The translations under genes and the position numbers were made by a program. From assembly GCA_030390025.1 (NCBI GenBank), contig JASTWF010000348.1:434001-498000 (forward strand): a stretch of DNA of 64,000 bases, given 5' to 3'. The notes under the pieces are model-generated. The model was not told the origin of the DNA, made no database searches, and was given only the letters and a program-made list of their open reading frames with translations. This document shows positions 49,102 to 61,800 of this stretch, in pieces (position 1 is the stretch's first letter; each line of letters opens with the position of its first letter). The stretch comes from Squalus acanthias (Eukaryota).

Positions 49102-49886
49102 CATAAGAACATAAGAAACAGAAGCGGGAGCGGGCCAATTGGCCCCTCGAGCCCGCTCCGCCATTCAATATGATCATGGCTGATCCAAACTTGGCCTCAC
49201 CCCCACTTTCCCGCTCTCTCCCCACTCCCCTTGACTCCCTCGTAGTTCAAATGTTTGTTAATCTCCGCCTTGAATATATTCAATGACTCCGCCTCCACAG
49301 CTCTCTGGGGTAGAGAATCCCAAAGATTCACGACCCTCCGAGAGAAGAAATTCCTCCTCATCTCCGTCTTAAATGGGCGACCCCTCATTCTGAAACTATG
49401 CCCCCTAGTTCTAGATACCCCCACTAGGGGAAACAGCCTCTCAGCATCCACCCTGTCAATCCCCCTCAGAATCTTAGATGTTTCAATAAGATCCCCTCTC
49501 ATTCTTCTAAACTCCAATGAGTATAGGCCCAACCTGCTCAACCTTTCCTCATACGTCAACCCCTTCGTCCCAGGAATCAACCTAGTGAACCTTCTCTGAA
49601 CTGCCTCCAATGCAAGTCTATCCTTCCTTAAATATGGAGACCACAACTGTACGCAGTACTCCAGGTGCGGTCTCACCAGCGCCCTGTAAAGTTGCATCAA
49701 GACTTCCCTACTTTTATACTCCATACCCCTTGCAATAAAGGCCAACATTCCATTAGCCTTCCTAATTACTTGCTGTACCTGCATGCTAACTTTTTGTGTT
49801 TCATGTACTAGGACCCCCAGATCCCTTTGTACCGCAGCAGTTTGTAGTCTCACTCTGTTTAAATAATAATTTGCTTTTTCATTTCC
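49102..49886 (-). mobile_element. 5'-truncated CR1 LINE (ORF2 C-terminus + 3' UTR)
   Basis: ORF 49197-49853(-): QRDLGVLV...RPHLEYCVQLWSP...RRMRGDLIE...WDSLP; tail (TTCTTATG)n at 49102-49117. Confidence 0.93.
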
Positions 49887-49902
49887 ATCTGATTCTGATC
49901 TT

Positions 49903-50900
49903 GCCTCAGCTCATCCGCTGCTGAAACCCTCATCCATGTCTTTGTGACCTCTAGATGCGACTATTCCAAAGCTCTCCCATCATCCACCCTCCATAAACTT
50001 GAGGTCATCCAAAACATAGAAACATAGAAGATAGGAGCAGGAGTAGGCCATTCGGCCCCTCGAGCCTGCTCCGCCATTCAATGCGATCATGGCTGATCAT
50101 CCAAACTCAGTACCCTGTCCCTGCCTTCTCCCCATATCCCTTGATCCCCTTAGCCTTAAGAAATATATCCAACTCCTTCTTGAATATATTTAATGATTTG
50201 GACTCAACTGCCTTCTGTGGTAGAGAATTCCACAGGTTCACCACTCTCTGGGTGAAGAAATTCCTCCTCATCTCAGTCCTAAATGGCTTACCCCTTATCC
50301 TTAGACTGTGACCACTGGTTCTGGACTCCCCGGCCATCGGAAACATCCTTCCTGCATCTAGTCTGTCTAGTCCTGTTAGAATTTTATAAGTTTCAATGAG
50401 ATCCCCTCTCATTCTTCGAAACTCTAGCGAATACAAGCCCAATCGACCCAATCTCATTCGGCTGCCCCGTATCCTAACTCGCACCAAGTTCCCGTTCGCC
50501 CATCACCCTCTGTGCTCGCTGACCTACGTTGGATCCCGGTTAAGCAGCGCCTCGATTTAAAATTCTCATCCTTGTTTTCGAATCCCTCCAGGGCCTCGCC
50601 CCCTCTCCCTATCTCTGTAACCTCCTCCAGCCCCCACAACCCTCCGAGATCTCTGCGTTCCTGCAGTTCTGCCCTCTTGAGCATCCCCGATTTCCATCGC
50701 TCCGCCATTGGCGGCCGTGCCTTCAGCTGCCTGGGCCCTAAGCTCTGGAATTCCCTCCCTAAACCTCTCTCTCCTCCTTTAAGACGTTCCTTAAAACCTA
50801 CCTCTTTGACCAAGCTTTTAGTTACCTGTCTTAGTAAGTCAGTGTCAAATTCTGTCTGATAATCGCTCCTGTGAAGCGCCTTGGGACGTTTTACTATGGT
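49903..50900 (+). mobile_element. L2 LINE 3' fragment (49903-50015 + 50458-50900), split by a CR1
   Basis: SSSAAETLIHVFVTSRCDYS...LEVIQN | SAA...LRWIPVKQRLD...GGRAFSCLGPKLWNSLP; tail GCTCCTGTGAAGCGCCTTGGGACGTTTTAC. Confidence 0.87.
50016..50457 (-). mobile_element. Short 5'-truncated CR1 LINE inserted in L2
   Basis: RLGRLGLYSLEFRRMRGDLIETYKIL...WNSLP...GYGEKAGTGY*; tail (TTTCTATG)n at 50012-50029. Confidence 0.92.
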
Positions 50901-50904
50901 GTCG

Positions 50905-52382
50905 GTCAGTGGTTCAGTGGGTAGCACTCTCGCCTCTGAGTCTGACGGCGCTTGCGTCTGCGCACACTCGGAGGTCGAACTCCAAACCATCGTCAACACC
51001 TTCACCGAAGCGTACGAAAGCATGGGCCTTACACTAAACATCCGTAAGACAAAGGTCCTCCACCAACCTGCCCCTGCCACACAGTACTGCCCCCCCCCCC
51101 CCGATTATCAAAATCCACGACGAGGCCTTGGACAACGTGGACCACTTTCCATACCTCGGGAGCCTACTGTCAACAAGGGCAGGCGTCTATGACGAAGTCC
51201 ATCACTGCCTTCAGTGTGCCAGTGCAGCCTTCGGTCGCCTGAGGAAGAGAGTGTTTGTAGACCAGGACCTCAAACCCGACACCAAGCTCATGGTCTACAG
51301 AGCAGTAGTGATACCCGCCCTGCTGTATGCTTCAGAGACATGGACCATGTACAGCAGGCACCTCAAAGCACTGGAGAGGTACCACCAACGCTGCCTCCGC
51401 AAGATCCTGCAAATCCATTGGCAGGATAGGCGCACCAACGTCAGTGTTCTCGCTCAGGCCAACATCCCCACAGCATCGAAGCTTTGACCACGCTCGATCA
51501 GCTCCGATGGACGGGTCACATCGTCCGCATGCCCGATACGAGACTCCCAAAACAAGCACTCTACTCGGAGTTCCGACACGGCAAGAGAGCCCCAGGTGGG
51601 CAGAGGAAACGCTTCAAGGACACCCTCAAAGCCTCCTTGAAAAAGTGCAACATCCCCACCGACACCTGGGAATCCCTGGCCCAAGACCGCACAAAAGTGG
51701 AGGAGAAGCATCTGGGAAGGCGCCAAACACCTCGAGTCTCTTCGCCGGGAGCAAGCGGAAGCCAAGCGCAGGCAGCGCAAGGAGCGCACGTCAACCCAAG
51801 CACCCCACCCACCCGCCCCTTCAACCACCGTCTGCCCCACCTGTGACAGAGACTGTCGGTCCCGCATTGGACTCATCAGTCACCTGAGAACTCATTGTTA
51901 GTGTGGAAGCAAGTCATCTCGGTTCCGAGGGACTGCCTAAGAAGAAGGGTAGCACTCTCGCCTCTGAGTCAGAAGGCTGTGGGTGTTAAACTCCCACTAC
52001 ATGCGCACAATAATCGAGGCTGACACTTCAGCGCGGTGCTGAGGGAGCGCGGCACTGTCGGAGGTGCCGTCTTTCGGATGAGACGTTAAACCGAGGGCCC
52101 CGTCTGCTCTCCCAGCTGGACGTAAAAGATCCCACGGCCACTATTTCGAAGAAGAGCAGGGGGGGGGAATTCTCCCCTGTGCCCTGGGTCCAATATTTAT
52201 CCCTCAATACAACAGATGATCTGGTCATTATCACATTTGTTGTTTGTCGGATCTTGCTGTGCTCCATTTGACAAATTCCTGCATTACAACAGCAACTGCA
52301 CTTCAAAAAAGTACCTCGTTGGCTGTAAATGGCGTTGGGGCTGTCCTGAGGTGGTGAAAGGCGCTATACAAACGCAAGTTGA
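50905..52382 (+). mobile_element. tRNA-derived Deu-domain SINE (50905-50942 + 51971-52382), split by an RTE insertion
   Basis: A box GTGGTTCAGTGGGTAGCA; after the RTE: AGAAGGCTGTGGG..., GCTGAGGGAGCGCGGCACTGTCGGAGGTGCCGTCTTTCGGATGAGACGTTAAACCGAGG, and an L2-like tail GAAAGGCGCTATACAAACGCAAGTT. Confidence 0.85.
50943..51946 (+). mobile_element. 5'-truncated RTE-clade LINE with 23-24-bp TSD
   Basis: Starts at about the RT (YA)DD position: DGACVCAHSEVELQTIVNTF...LNIRKTKVL...FPYLGS...LLYASETW...LRWTGHIVRM...GGQRKRFKD; C2H2-like end CPTCDRDCRSRIGLISHLRTH*; (AAG)n tail; TSD GGGTAGCACTCTCGCCTCTGAGTC at 50919-50942 and 51947-51970; several frameshifts. Confidence 0.92.
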
Positions 52383-52802
52383 CGTTGTTGATGATACAGA
52401 GAACTGGGGGGGATGGGTGAGCCCACCTTGACCAAAGAGCTCGGCGAATAAATCATTTAGGATGGAGAGACACAGGGAGCTAATTGCCTCACGACAGAAT
52501 CGCGGGCAGGGGGGGGAGAGAGGTCGTGCTGCAGAGAGGGAGCAGGGATCTAACAAGCCATTACCTGGAGTGAGCAGCGATCACGAACACAATGAATCAG
52601 AAATAATTGAACGGTTTTTACATTAAGCTCAGAACAGCGACAGAGAACAGAGAACAGAGGCCGGTAAAAGGACAGGGAGGTCAGAGGTCAGCCGCACCTC
52701 CCCTGCCCTCCACCCCGACCCCGCGTCACAAGGGTCACTTCCATGTCCAGCTGTCCGGTTCACAAGGAGTGTAACAGGAACCTGGTACAGGAGAAACGCC
52801 CT

Positions 52803-55800
52803 CCCCCAGGACAGTGACCGACACCAATCCCGGGACATTGACTGTCCGACACCCTCCCCAGGACACTGACACGTTGCAGGACACGAACTGACCAATTCCT
52901 GCGCACTGACCAATCCCATGACACTAACTGACCAATCCCAGGACACTAACTGACCATAGAATCATTTCGGCCCACCGTGTCCGCGCCGGCCAACAAAGAG
53001 CTATCCAGCCTAATCCCACTTCCCAGCTCTTGGTCCGTAGCCCTGCAGGTTACAGCATCCCAAGTGCACATCCAAGTGCTTTTTAAATATATACCACAAT
53101 AAGCAAGGGACCTAGGACTGAGCCCTGCGAAACCCCACTGGAAACAGCCTTCTAGTCACAAAAACACCCTTCGACCATTACCCTCTGCTTCCTGTCTCCG
53201 AGCCAGTTTTGAATCCAACTTGACACTTTGCCCTGGATCCCATGGGCTTTTAACTTCATGACCAGTCTGCCATGTGGAACCTTATCAAAAGCCTTGCTAA
53301 AGTCCATATAAACTACATCAAACGCACTACCCTCATCTACCCTCCTTGTTACCTCCTCAAAAAATTCAATCAAGTTTGTCAGACACGACCTTCCCAGGAC
53401 ACTAACTGACCAATCCCAGGACACTAACTGACCAATCCCAGGACACTAACTGACCAGTCCCAGGATGGTAACTGACCAATCCCAGGATACTAACTGACCA
53501 ATCCCAGGACACTAACTGACCAATCCCAGGACACTAACTGACCAATCCCAGGACACTAACTGACCAATCCCAGGACACTAACTGACCAATCCCAGGACAC
53601 TAACTGACCAATCCCCAGAGCACTAACTGACCAATCCCCAGAGCACTAACTGACCAATCCCAGGACACTAACTGACCAATCCCAGAACACTAACTGACCA
53701 ATCCCCAGAGCACTGACCAATCCCAGGACACTAACTGACCAATCCCAGGGCACTAACTGACCAATCCCAGGACACTAACTGACCAATCCCAGGACACTAA
53801 CTGACCAATCCCAGGACACTAACTGACCAATCCCAGGACACTAACTGACCAATCCCAGGACACTAACTGACCAATCCCAGGACACTAACTGACCAATCCC
53901 AGGACACTAACTGACCAGCCCCAGGACACTAACTGACCAATCCCAGGACACTAACTGACCAATCCCCAGGACACTAACTGACCAGCCCCAGGACACTAAC
54001 TGACCAATCCCAGGACACTAACTGACCAATCCCAGGACACTAACTGACCAATCCCCGGGACACTAACTGACCAATCCCCGGGACACTAACTGACCAATCC
54101 CAGGACACTAACTGACCAATCCCAGGACACTAACTGACCAATCCCAGGACACTAACTGACCAATCCCAGGACACTAACTGACCAATCCCAGGACATTAAC
54201 TGACCAATCCCAGGACACTAACTGACCAATCCCAGGACACTAACTGACCAGTCCCAGGACACTAACTGACCAATCCCAGGACACTAACTGACCAATCCCC
54301 AGGACACTAACTGACCAATCCCAGGACACTAACTAACCAATCCCCAGGACACTAACTGACCAATCCCAGGACGCTAACTGACCAATCCCCAGGACACTAA
54401 CTGACCAATCCCAGGACACTAACTGACCAATCCCAGGACACTAACTGACCAGTCCCAGAACACTAACTGACCAATCCCAGGACACTAACTGACCAATCCG
54501 AGGACACTAACTGACCAATCCAAGGACACTAACTGACCAATCCCAGGACACTAACTGACCAATCCCAGAACACTAACTGACCAATCCCAGGACACTAACT
54601 GACCAATCCCAGGACACTAACTGACCAATCCCAGGACACTAACTGACCAATCCCCAGAGCACTGACCAATCCCAGGACACTAACTGACCAATCCCAGGAC
54701 ACTAACTGACCAATCCCAGGACACTAACTGACCAATACCTGGGGCACTGACCAACCCCAGGACACTAACTGACCAACCCCAGGACACTAACTGACCAATC
54801 CCAGGACACTAACTGACCAATCCCCAGGACACTAACTGACCAATCCCAGGACACTAACTGACCAACCCCAGGACACGAACTGACCAATCCCAGGACACTA
54901 ACTGACCAATCCCAGGACACTAACTGACCAATCCCCAGGACACTAACTGACCAATCCCAGGACACTAACTGACCAATCCCAGGACACTAACTGACCAATC
55001 CCAGGACACTAACTGACCAATCCCAGGACACTAACTGACCAATCCCCAGGGCGCTAACTGACCAAACCCAGGACACTAACTGACCAATCCCAGGACACTA
55101 ACTGACCAATCCCAGGACACTAACTGACCAATCCCAGGACACTAACTGACCAACCCCAGGACACTAACTGACCAATCCCAGGACACTAACTGACCAATCC
55201 CCAGGACACTAACTGACCAATCCCAGGACACTAACTGACCAATCCCAGGACACTAACTGACCAATCCCCGGGGCACTGACCAGTCCCAGGACACTAACTG
55301 ACCAATCCTGGGACACTAACTGACCAATCCCAGGACACTAACTGACCAATCCCAGGACACTAACTGACCAACCCCAGGACACTAACTGACCAGTCCCAGG
55401 ACACTAACAGACCAATCCTGGGACACTAACTGACCAATCCCAGGACACTAACTGACCAATCCCAGGACACTAACTGGCCAACCCCAGGACACTAACTGAC
55501 CAATCCCAGGACACTAACTGGCCAACCCCAGGACACTAACTGACCAACCCCAGGACACTAACTGACCAATCCCAGAACACTAACTGACCAATCCCAGGAC
55601 ACTAACTGGCCAACCCCAGGACACTAACTGACCAACCCCAGGACACTAACTGACCAATCCCAGTACACTAACTGACCAATCCCAGAACACTAACTGACCA
55701 ATCCCAGAACACTAACTGACCAATCCCAGAACACTAACTGACCAACCCCAGGACACTAACTGACCAATCCCAGAACACTAACTGACCAATCCCAGAACAC

Positions 55801-58800
55801 TAACTGACCAATCCCAGGACACTAACTGGCCAACCCCAGGACACTAACTGACCAACCCCAGGACACTAACTGACCAATCCCAGAACACTAACTGACCAAT
55901 CCCAGGACACTAACTGGCCAACCCCAGGACACTAACTGACCAACCCAGGACACTAACTGACCAATCCCAGGACACTAACTGACCAATCCCAGGACACTAA
56001 CTGACCAATCCCAGGACACTAACTGACCAATCCCAGGACACTAACTGACCAATCCCTGGGGCACTGACCAATCCCATAACGGTAACTGACCAATCCTCAG
56101 AGCACTGACCAATCCCAGGACACTAACTGACCAATCATAGGACAATAACTGACCAGTCCCAGGACACTAACTGACCAATCCCCAGAGCACTGACCAATCC
56201 CAGGACACTAACTGACCAATCCCAGGACACTAACTGACCAATCCCCAGAGCACTGACCAATCCCAGGACACTAACTGACCAATCATAGGACAATAACTGA
56301 CCAGTCCCAGGACACTAACCGACCAATCCCAGGACACTAACTGACCAATCCCAGGACACTAACTGACCAACCCCAGGACACTAACTGACCAATCCCAGGA
56401 CACTAACTGACCAATCCCAGGACACTAACTGACCAATCCCAGGACACTAACTGACCAATCCAAGGACACTAACTGACCGACCCCAGGACACTAACTGACC
56501 AATCCCAGGACAGTAACTGACCAGTCCCCAGGACACTAACTGACCAATCCCAGGACACTAACTGACCAATCCCAGGACACTAACTGACCAATCCCAGGAC
56601 ACTAACTGACCAATCCCAGGACATTAACTGACCAATCCCAGGACACTAACTGACCAATCCCAGGACACTAACTGACCAGTCCCAAGACACTAACTGACCA
56701 ATCCCAGGACACTAACTGACCAATCCCCAGGACACTAACTGACCAATCCCAGGACACTAACTAACCAATCCCCAGGACACTAACTGACCAATCCCAGGAC
56801 ACTAACTGACCAATCCCCAGGACACTAACTGACCAATCCCAGGACACTAACTGACCAATCCCAGGACACTAACTGACCAGTCCCAGAACACTAACTGACC
56901 AATCCCAGGACACTAACTGACCAATCCCAGGACACTAACTGACCAATCCCAGGACACTAACTGACCAATCCCAGAACACTAACTGACCAATCCCAGGACA
57001 CTAACTGACCAATCCCAGGACAGTAACTGACCAATCCCAGGACACTAACTGACCAATCCCCAGAGCACTGACCAATCCCAGGACACTAACTGACCAATCC
57101 CAGGACACTAACTGACCAATCCCAGGACACTAACTGACCAATCCCCAGAGCACTGACCAATCCCAGGACACTAACTGACCAATCCCAGGACACTAACTGA
57201 CCAATCCCCAGAGCACTGACAAATCCCAGGACACTAACTGACCAATCCCAGGACACTAACTGACCAATCCCCAGAGCACTGACCAATCCCAGGACACTAA
57301 CTGACCAATCCCAGGACACTAACTGACCAATCCCAGGACACTAACTGACCAATCCCTGGGGCACTGACCAACCCCAGGACACTAACTGACCAACCCCAGG
57401 ACACTAACTGACCAATCCCAGGACACTAACTGACCAATCCCCAGGACACTAACTGACCAATCCCAGGACACTAACTGACCAATCCCTGGGGCACTGACCA
57501 ATCCCATAACGGTAACTGACCAATCCTCAGAGCACTGACCAATCCCAGGACACTAACTGACCAATCATAGGACAATAACTGACCAGTCCCAGGACACTAA
57601 CTGACCAATCCCCAGAGCACTGACCAATCCCAGGACACTAACTGACCAGTCCCAGAACACTAACTGACCAATCCCAGGACACTAACTGACCAATCCCAGG
57701 ACACTAACTGACCAATCCCAGGACACTAACTGACCAATCCCAGAACACTAACTGACCAATCCCAGGACACTAACTGACCAATCCCAGGACAGTAACTGAC
57801 CAATCCCAGGACACTAACTGACCAATCCCCAGAGCACTGACCAATCCCAGGACACTAACTGACCAATCCCAGGACACTAACTGACCAATCCCAGAGCACT
57901 GACCAATCCCAGGACACTAACTGACCAATCCCAGGACACTAACTGACCAATCCCCAGAGCACTGACCAATCCCAGGACACTAACTGACCAATCCCAGGAC
58001 ACTAACTGACCAATCCCCAGAGCACTGACCAATCCCAGGACACTAACTGACCAATCCCAGGACACTAACTGACCAATCCCAGGACACTAACTGACCAATC
58101 CCTGGGGCACTGACCAACCCAGGACACTAACTGACCAACCCCAGGACACTAACTGACCAATCCCAGGACACTAACTGACCAATCCCCAGGACACTAACTG
58201 ACCAATCCCAGGACACTAACTGACCAATCCCTGGGGCACTGACCAATCCCATAACGGTAACTGACCAATCCTCAGAGCACTGACCAATCCCAGGACACTA
58301 ACTGACCAATCATAGGACAATAACTGACCAGTCCCAGGACACTAAATGACCAATCCCCAGAGCACTGACCAATCCCAGGACACTAACTGACCAATCCCAG
58401 GACACTAACTGACCAATCCCCAGAGCACTGACCAATCCCAGGACACTAACTGACCAATCATAGGACAATAACTGACCAGTCCCAGGACACTAACCGACCA
58501 ATCCCAGGACACTAACTGACCAATCCCAGGACACTAACTGACCAACCCCAGGACACTAACTGACCAATCCCAGGACACTAACTGACCAATCCCAGGACAC
58601 TAACTGACCAATCCCAGGACACTAACTGACCGACCCCAGGACACTAACTGACCAATCCCAGGACAGTAACTGACCAGTCCCCAGGACACTAACTGACCAA
58701 TCCCAGGACACTAACTGACCAATCCCAGGACACTAACTGACCAATCCCAGGACACTTAACTGACCAATCCCAGGACACTAACTGACCAATCCCAGGACAC

Positions 58801-61800
58801 TAACTGACCAGTCCCAGACACTAACTGACCAATCCCAGGACACTAACTGACCAATCCCAGGACACTAACTGACCAGTCCCAGAACACTAACTGACCAATC
58901 CCAGGACACTAACTGACCAATCCCAGGACACTAACTGACCAATCCCAGGACACTAACTGACCAATCCCAGAACACTAACTGACCAATCCCAGGACACTAA
59001 CTGACCAATCCCAGGACAGTAACTGACCAATCCCAGGACACTAACTGACCAATCCCAGAGCACTGACCAATCCCAGGACACTAACTGACCAATCCCAGGA
59101 CACTAACTGACCAATCCCAGGACACTAACTGACCAATGGCCAGAGCACTGACCAATCCCAGGACACTAACTGACCAATCCCAGGACACTAACTGACCAAT
59201 CCCCAGAGCACTGACCAATCCCAGGACACTAACTGACCAATCCCAGGACACAAACTGACCAATCCCCAGAGCACTGACCAATCCCAGGACACTAACTGAC
59301 CAATCCCAGGACACTAACTGACCAATCCCATAACGGTAACTGACCAATCCTCAGAGCACTGACCAATCCCAGGACACTAACTGACCAATCATAGGACAAT
59401 AACTGACCAGTCCCAGGACACTAAATGACCAATCCCCAGAGCACTGACCAATCCCAGGACACTAACTGACCAATCCCAGGACACTAACTGACCAATCCCC
59501 AGAGCACTGACCAATCCCAGGACACTAACTGACCAATCATAGGACAATAACTGACCAGTCCCAGGACACTAACCGACCAATCCCAGGACACTAACTGACC
59601 AATCCCAGGACACTAACTGACCAACCCCAGGACACTAACTGACCAATCCCAGGACACTAACTGACCAATCCCAGGACACTAACTGACCAATCCCAGGACA
59701 CTAACTGACCAATCCCAGGACAGTAACTGACCAGTCCCCAGGACACTAACTGACCAATCCCAGGACACTAACTGACCAATCCCAGGACACTAACTGACCA
59801 ATCCCAGGACATTAACTGACCAATCCCAGGACACTAACTGACCAATCCCAGGACACTAACTGACCAGTCCCAAGACACTAACTGACCAATCCCAGGACAC
59901 TAACTGACCAATCCCAGGACACTAACTGACCAGTCCCAGAACACTAACTGACCAATCCCAGGACACTAACTGACCAATCCCAGGACACTAACTGACCAAT
60001 CCCAGGACACTAACTGACCAATCCCAGAACACTAACTGACCAATCCCAGGACACTAACTGACCAATCCCAGGACAGTAACTGACCAATCCCAGGACACTA
60101 ACTGACCAATCCCCAGAGCACTGACCAATCCCAGGACACTAACTGACCAATCCCAGGACACTAACTGACCAATCCCAGGACACTAACTGACCAATCCCCA
60201 GAGCACTGACCAATCCCAGGACACTAACTGACCAATCCCAGGACACTAACTGACCAATCCCAGGACACTAACTGACCAATCCCCAGAGCACTGACCAATC
60301 CCAGGACACTAACTGACCAATCCCAGGACACTAACTGACCAATCCCAGGACACTAACTGACCAATCCCTGGGGCACTGACCAACCCCAGGACACTAACTG
60401 ACCAACCCCAGGACACTAACTGACAATCCCAGGACACTAACTGACCAATCCCCAGGACACTAACTGACCAATCCCAGGACACTAACTGACCAATCCCCAG
60501 GACACGAACTGACCAATCCCAGGACACTAACTGACCAACCCCAGGACACTAACTGACCAATCCCAGGACACTAACTGACCAATCCCAGGACATTAACTGA
60601 CCAATCCCAGGACACTAACTGACCAATCCCAGGACACTAACTGACCAGTCCCAAGACACTAACTGACCAATCCCAGGACACTAACTGACCTAACCCCAGG
60701 ACACTAACTGACCAATCCCAGGACACTAACTAACCAATCCCCAGGACACTAACTGACCAATCCCAGGACACTAACTGACCAATCCCCAGGACACTAACTG
60801 ACCAATCCCAGGACACTAACTGACCAATCCCAGGACACTAACTGACCAGTCCCAGAACACTAACTGACCAATCCCAGGACACTAACTGACCAATCCCAGG
60901 ACACTAACTGACCAATCCCAGGACACTAACTGACCAATCCCAGAACACTAACTGACCAATCCCAGGACACTAACTGACCAATCCCAGGACAGTAACTGAC
61001 CAATCCCAGGACACTAACTGACCAATCCCCAGAGCACTGACCAATCCCAGGACACTAACTGACCAATCCCAGGACACTAACTGACCAATCCCAGGACACT
61101 AACTGACCAATCCCCAGAGCACTGACCAATCCCAGGACACTAACTGACCAATCCCAGGACACTAACTGACCAATCCCAGGACACTAACTGACCAATCCCA
61201 GAGCACTGACCAATCCCAGGACACTAACTGACCAATCCCAGGACACTAACTGACCAATCCAGGACACTAACTGACCAATCCCTGGGGCACTGACCAACCC
61301 CAGGACACTAACTGACCAACCCCAGGACACTAACTGACAATCCCAGGACACTAACTGACCAATCCCCAGGACACTAACTGACCAATCCCAGGACACTAAC
61401 TGACCAATCCCCAGGACACGAACTGACCAATCCCAGGACACTAACTGACCAACCCCAGGACACTAACTGACCAATCCCAGGACACTAACTGACCAATCCC
61501 AGGACATTAACTGACCAATCCCAGGACACTAACTGACCAATCCCAGGACACTAACTGACCAGTCCCAAGACACTAACTGACCAATCCCAGGACACTAACT
61601 GACCAATCCCCAGGACACTAACTGACCAATCCCAGGACACTAACTAACCAATCCCCAGGACACTAACTGACCAATCCCAGGACACTAACTGACCAATCCC
61701 CAGGACACTAACTGACCAATCCCAGGACACTAACTGACCAATCCCAGGACACTAACTGACCAGTCCCAGAACACTAACTGACCAATCCCAGGACACTAAC

